Position numbers and translations under genes: made by a program. A stretch of DNA of 63,177 nucleotides, counting the filler, from Lenisia limosa (taxonomy: Eukaryota > Protista > Breviatea): NCBI GenBank assembly GCA_001655205.1. It is 14 parts of 14 records of this genome, joined end to end, with 100 filler letters (N's around TTAATTAATTAA, not from the genome) between each part and the next. Parts side by side here need not be neighbours in the genome. Positions count along the whole stretch, not along the records: positions 27,605 to 30,718 come from LPNZ01001312.1; positions 30,819 to 33,469 come from LPNZ01009168.1; positions 33,570 to 34,944 come from LPNZ01000929.1; positions 35,045 to 38,024 come from LPNZ01000036.1; positions 38,125 to 43,614 come from LPNZ01004310.1; 9 more parts are not named here. The stretch is one strand, 5' to 3'. This document shows positions 27,994-41,166 of this stretch, one piece after another. Under the pieces are notes generated by a model. It searched no databases. It had not been told where the DNA came from and was given only the letters and a program-made list of their open reading frames with translations. The stretch's first letter is position 1; each line of letters begins with the position of its first letter.

Positions 27994-30322
27994 TTAATTC
28001 TCATCCCAGGAAAACAACATTGTGTATAAATGGTCCAGAGTTGGGGAGGAAATCCCTAAACTCGGACCAGACAGACAACTTTTCAAAAAAAAAAAACTTG
28101 CACAAAGTTTACGGGACAAAGTTTTTTTCGCATCACCTCTATTCAGAACAACCCCCTCATCCTATTTATTCACTACCCACTTTTTCTCAAGGAACTCAAC
28201 AAGAGGAATGGCGAGTTCGTGAGAGGCTCTTTTGATCGTAATGGGCGGCAGGAGCTTTACCTAGAAAATCAATATTTACAAGAAAATCGATACAATTGAC
28301 AATAACATGTTGTTTCTTAAACTCGCTTATTTGTTGATGGAGGAGGGGGGTTAACTGGAGAATCAATAGGTTGATAATGATACTACTCCCTCCAGCACAT
28401 CCTCAATTCATATAGTATATGTATATTATTTTCTCTATCTATCTATAGCTTCACTTCGGTTCGAAAAACCCGGTAAAATATAATTTTAGAAGATTTATCG
28501 AGAAATTCAGTCTTTTTTTTGAACCGAAGTAAAGCCCTATAATTTATCCCCCCCCCACCTTCGGAAGCGCCTCTGTCGGAAGCAAGCTTGGCGGCGGCCC
28601 GGAGTCATCAAGGAACTTCCGACGCTTTTGGGGCTGCGGCGGCGTATCCGGCTCCGGCTTTTTGGGTGATGGCGTGACGGGTGTGGCTGTGGCGTGAGAA
28701 TTGGGTGATGATTGCGTAATAATTGCCTGAGAATTGCGTGAATTTAAACATTGCTCTTCTATTACCCCCCTCCCCCCAACACATACATAGTTTATAACTT
28801 CCCTGGTCAGAAAGACCGGTAAAATATTGATATTTATCGAGGATTTATCCAGAAATTCAATCTTTTTGTGACCGTAGGGAAGCCCTACGTATAACCCCCA
28901 CATCGACATTTATAATACACTAAACCTACACAGGTCTTCCCTACGGTCCGAAAAAGACGGAATTTAATATCGATAAATATCGATATTTGACCGGTCCTTG
29001 TCGCGATCATAAGGAACCCCTGATATACCCCCCCCCCCCCGATATCTCTGATAAGCGTGATAGTGTGGACGGCTTTGGCCAGATACAATCAGATTTTATA
29101 TCTCATTGCTATGTTCTACCCCCCCCCCCTCACAAGGTTTCTTTGGTCGTACGCGCTTCTTGGACCCTGTGGATGACAGGGCGCTCGTTGTGAGAAGTCC
29201 AGCTAGAGGGGGAGTAAGGCACACTAAACACGAACCGAATAATCTGAAACTCCAAACAAAAAAAACAATAACGAACACGAGAGGTCAAATTGGAAAATTA
29301 TGGGGGGGGGCAGCCCAGAATCACTCTGTTGGCAGTCAACACACGAGGGTTGAGAACAAAAAAACAAACAAAGCCCAGGCCAATCGCTTCTACAGCACCG
29401 CATCACTCCAGGAGCTTTTTTATAGGTGACTTAGGGTAAACATACCGGAAAGCTGTACTTTGTAGGAGAAAAGGGGATGATCAGAGAACTTCGGGGGGTA
29501 AGCAATTCGACTGAGTCCGCGTGTCTTGGACACAGGCAGGGTCTGAGCTATAGCGGAGGGGCCTGAGGTGGTAAAATTGGAAATTTATGAAACAAAAAGC
29601 CCAAAATCAACTCTGTTGGCTAACAACACACAAGCGTTGATGACAACAAAACAAAAAAAGCCCAGGCCGGCCGCTTCTTATTACCCCCTCACCGGAGCCT
29701 TCAAGAGCCGCCTCAGAGGTTTGGATCAGTTCCAGGGGAGTGCGTGGCATAGCGAGAAGGAAACCGGATGCGGCGGCCTGGGAAGTAAAATTTGAAAATT
29801 TATGGGTGAAAAGACCCCAAATCAACTCTGTTGGCTCCGCATTTGAGAAACACACTTTGTTTGAACACACACACCACAATTAATCCGTCCCCCCCTTTAC
29901 CCTTGCCAGAGCCGAGGATTTTGGGTCAGCCTTGGCTGACGTTGAACTCACTGCCATAAGGCGATCAACCTCCTTCTAGTAAGGTAAATGGGGATGTGGA
30001 ATTGAACAGTAAAATGATGTAGAAAATTGAAATAAGTAAAACGAGGATGGGTTTACGCCTCTGATTCGGTGAATAGGGATGTAGAAAATTGAACAGGAAA
30101 ATGAGGAGGGAGTCATTCAGGTCAATTTACCTCGAAAGCGTCCAGGCCGATGCAACGGACTCCCAGAAGCCCATTTACCTCGGAAAGCTCGAGACAGTTT
30201 TGGTGGTGCACTGCGGACATTTTCTCGAGTTTCTTCTCAGCAAACGCATAATTCTGGAAATCGGGCCGGGACGAACGGTCGGAAGCGTCGGAAATTGGCG
30301 CTTCCACTTCCTGTTCCGACAT
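27994..30322 (-). CDS. Hypothetical multi-exon, Pro/Ser-rich protein
   Basis: MSEQEVEAPISDASDRSSRPDF...; KEVDRLMAVSSTS...; AIITQSSPNSH...QKRRKFLDDSGPPPSLLPTEALPK|VKLLPPITIKRASHELAIPLVEFLEK...WDEN*. Confidence 0.55.
28446..28539. mobile_element. hAT-type MITE, subfamily A1; two further A2 copies at about 28797-28887 and 28931-29021
   Basis: GCTTCACTTCGGTTCGAAAAA...TTGAACCGAAGTAAAGCCCTA. Confidence 0.85.
29563..29690 (-). repeat. Interspersed repeat family C (~130 bp, C-rich end), here spanning nearly a whole intron
   Basis: gcggtgctgcagaagcgactggtctgggctttgtttg...gccaacagagttgattttgggcttt...cataaatttccaattttactccc; about 15 copies (42-160, 730-880, 29280-29410, 29778-29840, 38600-38680, 39410, 45190, 46240, 48006, 48250, 53250, 54358, 54910, 59957). 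Confidence 0.8.
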
Positions 30323-30819
30323 TGTTGGGAGAAACAGGGGTGCTGAGGGGCTTTGAAGAGAAGAGCTCCGGCCGGCCCTGAGGGATTAAAACGAAGGAAA
30401 GGAAATTTCGATGAAGAATATTAGCGTAAAGGTACTAATCACGAACCGAATAAATATGGAAATATGGGCCCTGAGGGGTAAAACTGGTAAATCTATGAGA
30501 AAAAAAAAGAAGCCCAAAATCAACTCCTGGGAATTAAGCCATGCCATCCTCACATTCATGCAATATCTCTTTACCCCACACCTTCACAAGAATCCCCCCC
30601 ACCCCCCAGGATCAATATATATCCCGCCCACAGTTCAATTGCGTCCAGTTCGGAGGCGACAAGATTGGCGCGATGCTGCAACCAACGCCAGCGCCACGCT
30701 ATGTCATTGGCGGCTTGCNNNNNNNNNNNNNNNNNNNNNNNNNNNNNNNNNNNNNNNNNNNNTTAATTAATTAANNNNNNNNNNNNNNNNNNNNNNNNNN
30801 NNNNNNNNNNNNNNNNNNT

Positions 30820-31260
30820 TCCAGGAAAACCACTGGAAAAGTGAAAAAATCCGATTCAAGTCTTTTCCAATCGAAATAACTCTCGTTTTTTTTGCTCGTG
30901 GTTGTCTTCCTTTTGTTACTTGGAGTTTTCTGTTGAGGAAAACTCCTTGTAAAAAATCAGAAAACCACTCCTAGGAAAAAAAAGGGTTTTCTTATTGGAT
31001 AACCACTGTAAAAGTGAAAAATCCCTACTCCAGTGTTTTCCATTCGAATTCCTCCTCGTTTTTTCTTCATGGTTGTCTTCTTTTGTTCCTCGGAGTTTTC
31101 TGAGGAAAACACTCATTGCTTAAGAAATGAAGCAATTTTTTTGACGCCTGCCTCCATTTTTTCAACTGAGGCCGTATACTTGTGTTTTCCGGCCAGAAAT
31201 CTCCAGTAAAAAAAAGCAGAAAACCACTCCCAGGAAAAAAAACTCGGGTTTTTCTTTTTA
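30820..31260. repeat. ~180-bp diverged direct repeat, 2 or more copies
   Basis: aaccactg(g/t)aaaagtgaaaa...tggttgtcttc.tttttgtt.ctcggagttttctg at about 30829 and 31002. Confidence 0.7.
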
Positions 31261-31945
31261 ATACTTCATTTGGAATTGACCTTGGTACTGTTAACTGCTA
31301 TTTCTTCAATATATCATTAATTCAATGTAAATGATATAATTATCATTAATTGATACATTCTTGTCCTTAAAAAATGTATTTCATTAATAGATATTTGTAT
31401 TATACCGGTCTTTTTCGGACCTGAGTGAAGCCTTTGTTGGTGTAATATATTGTTGACTGGGATAATAAAATTTTTGTTGTATCATACTTATTATGACAAA
31501 ATCGTTAGCAATATCAAGTAATATTGAAAAAAACAAAAGAAAAAAAAAAGGGCCGATGTTCACGGTCAGGTTAGTGTTCACGGTCAGGTGACGTACCTTA
31601 CATACATATGACATAGTATTCGTATTACACATGATATACTATAAATCAAATCGGTTGTTATATTTTTATTGTCTTAGAAATCAAGTGAAGAATTTCCTTT
31701 TCAAAAAACGGTGTACTCCCCTGTTGAAATTCGAATACGAAGGAAGAAAGGGATTAATAATAGCAGTGATGGTTGTGAAGGTATTTAGAAACTCTAAACA
31801 TTGGATTTGTTGACAATAATATATCAAAATCGTACCAACAATATCAAAGTTAATGATAGGGGGCGGTCCTTGTTGTGAAATGGTCCACAATCATCGAAAG
31901 GGTAGGGTCTTCTTGGGCAGGTCTTAGAATTGTGGTGGCGAAAGT

Positions 31946-33065
31946 TCAAGTTCTCCATTGGAAGACACAAGCAACAGGAAGGTGGTCACTTGGATGAATC
32001 ATGGAGGGTGCTCCACGGGTGCGAACTTGTTTGTCAGAGCTCTTAGGGATGACCCGCATGGCTTTCACCGATAACAAGGATGCTGAAGAGTAAGGAAAAA
32101 CTTGGGAGCATAATCAATTCAAGTGGCTTTGTAATACATAAACCCAATTCTCACCTGATTTAGAAGTGTACATGATATGATCGATGATCAAGTCTAAAGG
32201 TTTGCCATCTGCATTTGGTCCAACAAAGGTAGGCTCTCGAAGGGAATGCGTTACTATGGGAATTAGAGATCAATTTTAACTAATTCAAAAGCATACACCC
32301 TACATACATTTGTCTTCTTTCAAAGCTTGAGAGTTATTGGCAGCAACGATATCAGCGTCCCGGTAGGCATCACGGAATCTGCAATGTCAGCGACCTTGAG
32401 CTCCAAAGCACAATAAAATACCCAAAGTGATTGCTTACACAAATGGAATCGAAAGGTCCTTCTTAGATACACACTGTCCGTTTTCTTTAAAGGTTGAAGA
32501 TACAGATCCATGGCGCAAGAAGTGATATACTCCGCCTTGCGGGTCACTGGAGAGTCAAGGAAATGCGGAGAGATTTGTTTCCTAACCTGTTGAAGTCTCC
32601 AGCAATTACGATGTGATCAGCCTGGTTGGCGCATCGGTTCAACGCAGATTTCAGTTGTGACAGCCGATCCGCTCCAGCTTCCAGGGCTCCAGATAAGTGG
32701 CAGTTGACAATAGCAATAACCTCATCAGGTCGGCTTATTGGTTGGAGTCTTGTGATCAAAATTCGAGACCTGCATCATTAATCTCCAACAGTAGTGTTGC
32801 ATATATGATATAAAGAACAAAGAACTTGCCCTTACCTGCTGTCATGGCTAACATGGGTGAACTGGTCCGCTTTGTAACAGGTAACAACGGCAAAAGTATG
32901 AGAGTCCTTGCGCTTGGGATTATCTGTACCAATTAGAAAAGGTCTCTGAAAAAATAAGGCCCGTTGGTTGAGACCCCACCTTGAATCACAAACTGGTAAC
33001 CTAAATTAGCAAGGGCATTTCCTATGTCTTCCTCAAAGGTAGGTCTATTGCACTCCTGTGAAAGT
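31946..33065 (-). CDS. Endonuclease/exonuclease/phosphatase protein (CCR4/nocturnin/PDE12-like), 5' end missing
   Basis: QECNRPTFEEDI...IVNCHLSG...HIVIAGDFNSDPQGGVYHFLRHG...IIDHIMYTS...HPSDHLPVACVFQWRT*: the canonical NxHL, GDFN, DHI and SDHxP motifs. Confidence 0.85.
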
Positions 33066-33708
33066 CACATTGAAAAAATTTGTATCATTTGTATATTACA
33101 CAATATACTGAATAGACATGCTATACATATGATATGCACATAATATATGTTGAAATGAGAAATACACTATGGGTAGTATCGAAGTCACACCATCACGCTT
33201 ATGAGAGATATTGGATTATCCAATCTTTTGTCAAACTAGAATTAAGCCCATAGTGGAGACCAACAATAATAATTATCAACTATAAATATGAAGCAGAGAA
33301 GTGTAAAAATATGGAAATTAGAACTGAAAAAAGGAAGTAAATAAGAAGATATTCAGATTTGTGAGAAGGTAATTAAAGTTGAAACTTTACACAGATTTGC
33401 ATTATTATATATATTTATACTATATATATATATATCTATATATATGATATTATATAGTATATATAATAANNNNNNNNNNNNNNNNNNNNNNNNNNNNNNN
33501 NNNNNNNNNNNNNTTAATTAATTAANNNNNNNNNNNNNNNNNNNNNNNNNNNNNNNNNNNNNNNNNNNNCAGCACCGAGTGGTATTATAATTAGTGCTTC
33601 ACTTCAGTTCGAAAAAAGACTGAAGATCTCGATAGATATTTTACTGGTCTTTTTCGAACCGAAGTGAAGTCCTAATTGTCAAAGTGATATGATATGATGT
33701 ATTATAAC

Positions 33709-33860
33709 AATGAGAAATAAAAAATAAGGTTGTATCTGCCGAAGCCGGTCCATCCATCACGCTTATAAGAGATATTGAATTATAGTATTATATTAATTCA
33801 CCCAATCATTTTGCCTCACGACTCTGTGAACACAGCTTTCTGCGTGCCTCAGTATATCCT
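33709..33860 (+). mobile_element. Interspersed repeat family B (~150 bp, no TIR, 3' hairpin; Helitron-like non-autonomous element)
   Basis: aatgagaaataaaa...ttgtatctggccgaagccgtccacatcatcacgcttataagagatattggatt...cacccaatcatttgccttacaactctgtgcacacagctttctgcgtgc; more than 15 full or partial copies, e.g. 2260, 4277-4490, 24110, 29040, 43428-43562, 53545, 55445, 59043. Confidence 0.7.
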
Positions 33861-33894
33861 ATTATTCCTCTCACACCCAACACCCACCCAGAAT

Positions 33895-34800
33895 AATCGT
33901 ATTGGAGTGCGTGCCAGGCCGGCCATCCACAATCGTTCTCCCTGCGGGCGGTGGAACCTGTAATGTGAGGTTCATATAAGCGTGATGGTAAGGACCGCTT
34001 CGGCCAGATACAACCTTGCTTTATTTCTCGTCATAGTAGTATATCGAACTATATGATTTCATATATTCTTCTCAAAAACGCAAACCAGGGTGGGGGAGGT
34101 GAGAGTGTCAGTGGAAATTCCGAAGCACTCCCAGTAGCCACAGTATGAAATAATGTAGACGTTTTTTGAGGCTGAAAAGATGAGGAGAGATGGATTTTGA
34201 GTCTGAAAAGATGAGGAGAGATGGTTTTTGAGGCTAAACAGATGAGTGGAGTGAATTTTGAGGCTGGAAAGATCAGAAGATCAGATGTGTATCCCGTTAT
34301 TAGCCAAATCATATATAATTCGTACCAATATCAAAATAACATACTAATGAAATATTAAATAATTTTCAGCCTATAATATAATCCGTACCCGTTATCAGCA
34401 TGTGGGCCATGTACTGCGCATGGATCTCGACGATCACTTCGGGGGTAGCAAAAATCTAGACAATAACGATAGAAATTCCAAAGTTTTTTTCAAAAAAAAA
34501 AAATGTAAGAGCTAAAGAAGAATTTCGATAAATCGATACATATTTGCATATCCTTGAATTTCAATAAACCCAGGAAAAACTCTGGATAAACCCTCGATAA
34601 ACCCTTGGAAAATTCTTGAGTCCCAATAAACCCCAACAACCTGGGGAGTAGCCGTGACGCTAGACGAGAACATATTACTGTCCGTGTTACCCCAGAACCA
34701 AAGATTATCTGAGGAGTCCAGGGCAAGGACGATGTATTTTGAGGATGCCAGGGCTGTAAGTCTGTCACCCTCCGCTATCGGGATGTTGACATTGACCAGA
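33895..34800 (-). CDS. Partial RCC1-like beta-propeller protein
   Basis: LVNVNIPIAEGDRLTALASSKYIVLALDSSDNLWFWGNTDSNMF...TPQ; VPPPAGRTIVDGRPGTHSNTIIL. Confidence 0.45.
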
Positions 34801-36048
34801 CTGGTGAGGGAGGGGGGGGAGTAAAACGAAGGAAATTTCTATGAAGAATATTGGCGTTAAGGTACTAATCACGAACCAAATAATCTGGAACTCCAAACAA
34901 ACAAAAAAAAACAAGCAATAACAAACACGAGCAACCAACGCTAANNNNNNNNNNNNNNNNNNNNNNNNNNNNNNNNNNNNNNNNNNNNTTAATTAATTAA
35001 NNNNNNNNNNNNNNNNNNNNNNNNNNNNNNNNNNNNNNNNNNNNGGTGTTCTTTGTGAGAGCGCAATCCTACCAAGATTATGCAGCCCTCTGGGATCACC
35101 TATATTTCCCCCACGCCTTGTGTCGGTTGGGAATAATTTATTATTAGAAGAAACCTGAAGAGAGGAAAGGAGGAGGGGAATTCCAGGCTGAACCTTTCTT
35201 CGCCCATTCATTCATTATAATAAACAGCCTAAGAGATTTACTAAGTGAAGAAATAAAGAAAGGAGAGTAGATGGATTTGAAAAGACGGGGGGAGGACGGG
35301 ACGCAGTCCACTAGAATGAAGTCCACTATGACAAGGTAGGGAAAAAACAAGGAGCCTAGATTTTCAGAGTGTTCTGTTTTGAGCTTCATTAAAACTCAGG
35401 AAGAAAACAACTCGCTCCACAAAAGACCTCTTCGTATAGGAGCTTGGATCATACAACATTGTAAAAAATAATCACAAAAGGTCATGATGATCTTCAGAGG
35501 GTGGACTCAAACAGAGTTTTAATAGATGACAGTCGAAACTTCATCCCTCAACCCATGAATGCAAGTTTACTGAGATATACAACCACTGAGATATCACTGG
35601 TGGATTATTGTTCTATTGCAAAATTGTCATTCTTAAGAGTTGGATAAGATCAATGACATCCAATGATTGGCTTATTACAATACTACCAGTTTGAGAAGAC
35701 TTCACTTCTTCAAGAATAACTTCCTGAATTTCAGAAAACACGTTCTCTGTTGACTTACTACTTGAATACCGCCAAAATATGAATACAAATAATTACCTTA
35801 ATGATAATCGTTGACTAATAATATGGGAAGGGCTCTGCAAAATGTAGAATGAGCTTGCCATATTGAAAGGGAATGACACATGACTTTCAATCACACAGTT
35901 TGAGGGCCACTGATTGATATGCTGCATAAATCAAATAATAAATGTATCACAACTGATCACGACACACAGTGTATGAATTGAATGATTTGTCAAAGTGATA
36001 ATTTTTCAATTCAGCTGATAGAATACAAAAAACAAGATTATTCACTGA

Positions 36049-36237
36049 TTAGGGATTACACAAACAAGAAGCAATAAGTTTGACAACTGTTGTTTTACCA
36101 CTTCCAGGACAACCAGTTATTATCATCATTTTTACATTACAAGTTGCATGCGCAGTCGGCTCAAAGCATGGGGCCGGCGCGATGAGTACCAGGCATGATC
36201 TCAGATCTCTGAAGATTTTTCTTGATGATTTTGTCAA
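36049..36237 (-). CDS. P-loop NTPase exon, weakly Rad17/RFC-like
   Basis: KMMIITGCPGSGKTTVVKLIASCL Walker A; flanking exons not resolved. Confidence 0.35.
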   Translation of the reverse strand: MTKSSRKIFRDLRSCLVLIAPAPCFEPTAHATCNVKMMIITGCPGSGKTTVVKLIASCLCNP

Positions 36238-38374
36238 TTATTTTGAAAATTTATCTCTCTTTATTTGGCATTCTTTTTAGTATTCCGCAGTAATATAGAG
36301 AAAACATTATTTCAACAAGTTTTGTTACCATCTGAGTCGCGTCCACAGCAAATTAGAACTCTTTAAGCCGGACTTTTCACTTCCCTGTCGCTTTGCTATC
36401 CAAAGTTGGACTGATGAAGCATTGAAATTGTGTATATATACATATGGTTTCCAACCAAATCGCCATCACAATTTGAGATGTTTGGGCTATCACTGGAAAC
36501 TCAAGGAAATACTTGTGAGTTCTTTACTTATAACTATTTAAGTCCAGATTTATTCAGCAAAGTGACAGGAAAGTGAAAAAGGAAGTAAAATTGGGGCTGT
36601 TTTATAGACGATACGACTCTACTGGTAATCATACTCGTTAGAATGGTTTTATACCCTTTTTATAACGGAATACTGTGAAGAATACCAAATTAGAGACAAG
36701 AAAAATTCCTAAAAACAATCATATGATGTCACATGATGTCACCTGATGTCAAAAAAAAAATCATGCCTGGTACCCCTCATCCCCTGGCTCAAAGAGCTCG
36801 AAGTCAAGTTTCAAAGGCAAGCAAAAGGCAAGGCACAAGAGGGGCCGCAGCCGCCACGGGGGGTCAATATTCTAAGCCTGGGGAAACATTTTTGGGTCTG
36901 GTTCGGTTTCAACCAAATCTATGGTGCACTTTTTTGAACCAGTTGTAAAAAGAAGCTTAAGTTGTGTTTATAGAATTGATTTTGAAAAATAGAGGGGTCT
37001 TCTACGAGTTCAAAAACAAGTGCACCTCATATTTTGACAAACCGGTTTCAGTCATCCTGTGGAGGGGGGGTTCAAGTCTCCCTGTGGCAGTTTTTTTTTC
37101 TTCTTCGAATTCTTTTATTTCAGTGAGAACAGCTTTTACTTCTTTTTGAGTCAACTGTAGATTATCCGAATAGATCGCAATAAGACAATTGAACATACTA
37201 AGATACTAACTTATGGTTAGAATCAACACTACCTCGAGATAAAAAGTGTAGCTCCTGCTACGAAAGTCTGATTTCTATTCCATCGCCTATAAAAATGTTC
37301 CCATTACCTTGAGATATTAATAACTACTACAAGTAGGTTTTGTTCTTTACATATTGAAGAGTACTACTATCTGAACCTTCTTTTTGTTGCCTTCAGCCAG
37401 ACCATTTTTATGTGCATTTTGACAAGAAAATCGGATGTATTAGAAGTAAAAAAGGATCATTCAGTCAATGAAACGAGAAAACGTAACAAAAACAAGAAAA
37501 TTGAATTAATGACTGTATTTAGGACCGTGAGCATATATACTCTATATATACAATATCTACTATATTTCATAATTTCGCTAATACTCTTCATAGAAATTCC
37601 CTTCGTTTTACTCCCCCCAACCTTTGTGGTCATTTCTACCTCATTCATCTCTATTCCGACGGAGTACCCATGTTCCCTTGCCTTCCCGACGAATTAACCT
37701 ACATGTATCGCGTGCTTCTGTTTGATCACTCTCTCCCAATACATGCAATGTCTCGAGAAGCAGCGTTGCAATTCCCGCAACAAAGTTTCGCGACGTCGGC
37801 AAGTGCATTCTGCAAAGTCTGCAGCTCGCAGGTGAATACCTCATACCTGAATGCGGTCAATATCCTAAACCTCTCTAAAATCACTGAGCCTTGAAAAAAC
37901 AAAACATCATTGGTATTTGAAAGCTGATATCTTCAAACGGAGTACTTCAGTTTTATTTATTTACTTTGCATTGCAATCGTACTTCTTTGTAGTATATATA
38001 TATATAGGTTGGTGTTGGAAACCGNNNNNNNNNNNNNNNNNNNNNNNNNNNNNNNNNNNNNNNNNNNNTTAATTAATTAANNNNNNNNNNNNNNNNNNNN
38101 NNNNNNNNNNNNNNNNNNNNNNNNGGGGGGGGACTTCCCAGCCGACTTTTCAAGGGGGGACAGCTTTTTTCCGAGATATTGGGTTTTTGTATAGTATTAA
38201 TTCACCCATATAATAATAGTACCTACAAACACAAACCTCAGGTGAAGGTAATTCAAGCATATATTATATACATACCATATATACACTCACCCTCAAAACC
38301 ATACCATTTACCCTACTACAAAAAATCCTCCTCACAACCTAGTTCTTCTATTCCACTCCACAACTCACACCAGG

Positions 38375-40393
38375 TTAGGCGCTGACGTCGTTTTTGGCGT
38401 ATTTAACGCGCGTGGCTGCGATGTAGTACTTGCCTGGCTTTTCCTCTTGCCAGCTGCCTCCTAAAACTCCCTGTTCACACTAAAAAAATAACTTCTGGCT
38501 TGGTTTATTGAGAGTTATCAAAGATCTATCGAGAAATTTGGGTTCTTTTCGTTGAAATTGACACCCCCTTCCCCCACAACCAACCCCCTAATATACATGT
38601 ATTTACAGCCAACAGAGTTGGTTTGAGCTTTTTTGTTTCATAAATTTTCCTATTTTACCCCCCCCCCCTCTCCCCCATACTGCAGCACATGTTAAAAACC
38701 TGGCTTTGCGATCCGTGGCAACGTGGGTGAAGCCCTAGGTTAATTATTTGTTTAAAGGTAAACTATACATAAAAAACAATATTACACTGCTGTAAATGGA
38801 AAGAAAATGGTACACTGGGTATATAATACATGTATTATATTAAGTATGAAATTGGACATTATGCACAATAAACTGACTGTGAAAAGTCTCGACACGGATA
38901 GTGAGCTTTATATTTAGTTAATCATGTCAGGACTTATCACAGTCTCTGTATATAGAGGTGAGAATAAAACAAGTGAGTATCTGACCAAGGTCTTAAAACA
39001 AAGCAAGGAATACGTAAGAAAAGGGAGTTGCATATTCTCACATCACACCACATTCTCAAAAGTCCCCCTCCATAAATATACATGTATCATATTTAATATT
39101 ATATCGGCCTTTCTCGAGAATATACCCCAGACACCATCCACCCCCCCCCCCCAAANNNNNNNNNNNNNNNNNNNNNNNNNNNNNNNNNNNNNNNNNNNNN
39201 NNNNNNNNNNNNNNNNNNNNNNNNNNNNNNNNNNNNNNNNNNNNNNNNNACGTTTTCGGCTGTTTTGGAAACCGGCAGGGTGATCTGCGAAATTAGAGAT
39301 TTAAATTTCGAAAATTAAATTCGCCTTCATTATCATATTCTTCCTCTCCTCCTCCACCTTCTCCATTATATTCCACACTTCCTCGTCCTGTCTTTTCTTC
39401 CTCAAAAAAACAAACAACGCCCAGACCAGTCGCTTCTGCAGCACCGCATCCATCAAAGGGTGATTGGAGGGGGGGTGGCACACTCTGGATACGTCTTTCT
39501 CGCTTCCGAACCATTCTTAGCTCTTTAACTTCTTTTCAATCTTCAATCTTCGGCAGCATCCTCTCTTCCATCAGTCTTCTTTTTACGTGGTTCCTCTAAC
39601 TCCTACTACTCCATATACCGCGTCTTCATTTATCTTCAGCGTTCTTCCTTCTTCCTTCTTCGTTCAATCTCAACTCCCTTTCTTTCTTCATCTTCTTCCT
39701 TCCTTTCTTCTCTTTCTTAAATAATTGCGAGCATTCATCCTTATCTCTATCTTCGAATAATTCCTTTCTTCTCTTTCTTCAAATAATTGCGGCAAGGACT
39801 TCTTTAGTCTTCCATCTTCTTCCTATCTTTCTTTTCAGCTTCTTCTCCTTTCTCCTATATGGTATTTTTCGGACTAGAGGGAAGCACTCTTCATCCAATA
39901 ATATCATCAAACACCCTCTCTTAGGCTTGAATTACATCATACCACCCCAATCTTTATACTCCAACTAGGGCATCACTTCGGTTCGAAAAAAGACTGAATT
40001 TCTCGATAAATCTTCGAAAAATATCGATATTTACCGGTATTTTCCGAACCGAAATGAACCACTAACTCCACCCTACGGTCCGAAGACCCGCAAAAAACCA
40101 ATATTTATCATGATTTATCAAAGAATTCAGCATGCTTGTGACCATAGGGAATCCCTAATCATACCTCCTCGTCGCTTGACACTGCCGCGCCTTCTTTAAA
40201 AATGATCGTTTCGCAGACCTTGCAGTAAGCTGAGGGATCAGGAGAGAGCAGTCACTTAAACACAATATAACAACAATAGTCTGGAAAATTAATGTTATTA
40301 AACAATTATTCTTTATCTGCTGTGGGTTAAGCAAATCGAGGGAGATCTCTCACCGTTTTTAGGATTCTTGCTGGCGTCGACAGGGGAGGTCAT
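38375..40393 (-). CDS. RABIF: Mss4/RABIF guanine-nucleotide-free Rab chaperone
   Basis: MTSPVDASKNPKN|AYCKVCETIIFKEGAAVSSDEE|ITLPVSKTAEN...gap...GFTHVATDRKARFLTCAA|CEQGVLGGSWQEEKPGKYYIAATRVKY...*: two CxxC zinc knuckles with Mss4 spacing. Confidence 0.8.
39966..40064. mobile_element. hAT-type MITE, subfamily A1, in an Mss4 intron; an A2 remnant is adjacent at 40070-40158
   Basis: TIRs present; TSD actccaac/actccacc. Confidence 0.88.
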
Positions 40394-41166
40394 TTTCGTC
40401 TGTTTTCCGATGTTAAAATGTAAACCTGTACAAGATCAAATGAATAAGAAGAATAAGGCTCTGAAGGAAACAAAAAGGTGCCAGATATCCTAGAATGTCC
40501 TTAAAAGGAACATTTGATTATGTAATCATACTTTCTAAATTCGTGTAGAACTGAATTGAACTGAACTCTAATGGTATTTAAGCTTTTTTTCGGGAGTTTT
40601 GGAGTTGTTGTTTTCTGTCTGGCTTGCTCTCGAAGCTTAAGGGTTTTTATGTATTGTATCTTCCCGTTTATTTGCCACGTGCATAGCTTTGGGGAAAGTC
40701 CTCGGACCATTGGGTAGAAAGTACCCCTCGTAATGACCTTATCGCTTGACCTGTAGTCGTGCCACGACGCGAAAGCTGAGCTTTTGGCTACTTGTTGGGT
40801 GTCATCGTCATAGCAAAGTCATGCAAGCGGCAGTTTTTACTGCTAACTCAACGGGGCTTACTGGCCGGAAACAACCATTTTTTTATTCCTTCTCTAAAAA
40901 TATCAAATTACAACATATATATATGCAAACTCGACGCGGAAGCGCGCATGGTGCACACATTCTGCATTTCTAAGTAACAAGAAAAAGTTTTTTCAAAAAG
41001 CAGCGCATTCATGTGATATATTCTCCTTGGACCATTGTTCTTGTTTGCCTTTGGTCTTTGTCTCATCAAATAAAACACAAAGACGCAAAGTGATTGAACG
41101 TCAACATCAGGAAACAGCTACATCTAATAACATATCAAAAACAGAAAGAACAGCCAAAAGGAGGTT

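Noticed and set aside
39490-39870. Non-standard genetic code (TAA/TAG=Gln or TGA=Trp), suggested by coding-looking frames with stops here and at about 300-480, 4840-5160 and 13438
   Set aside because: Well-conserved genes end at TAA (tubulin), TAG (DAW1, DsrE-like, RCL1) and TGA (thioesterase, EEP) at the expected positions and use TGG and CAR internally. This block lies in an Mss4 intron, so these are decayed or non-coding sequences.
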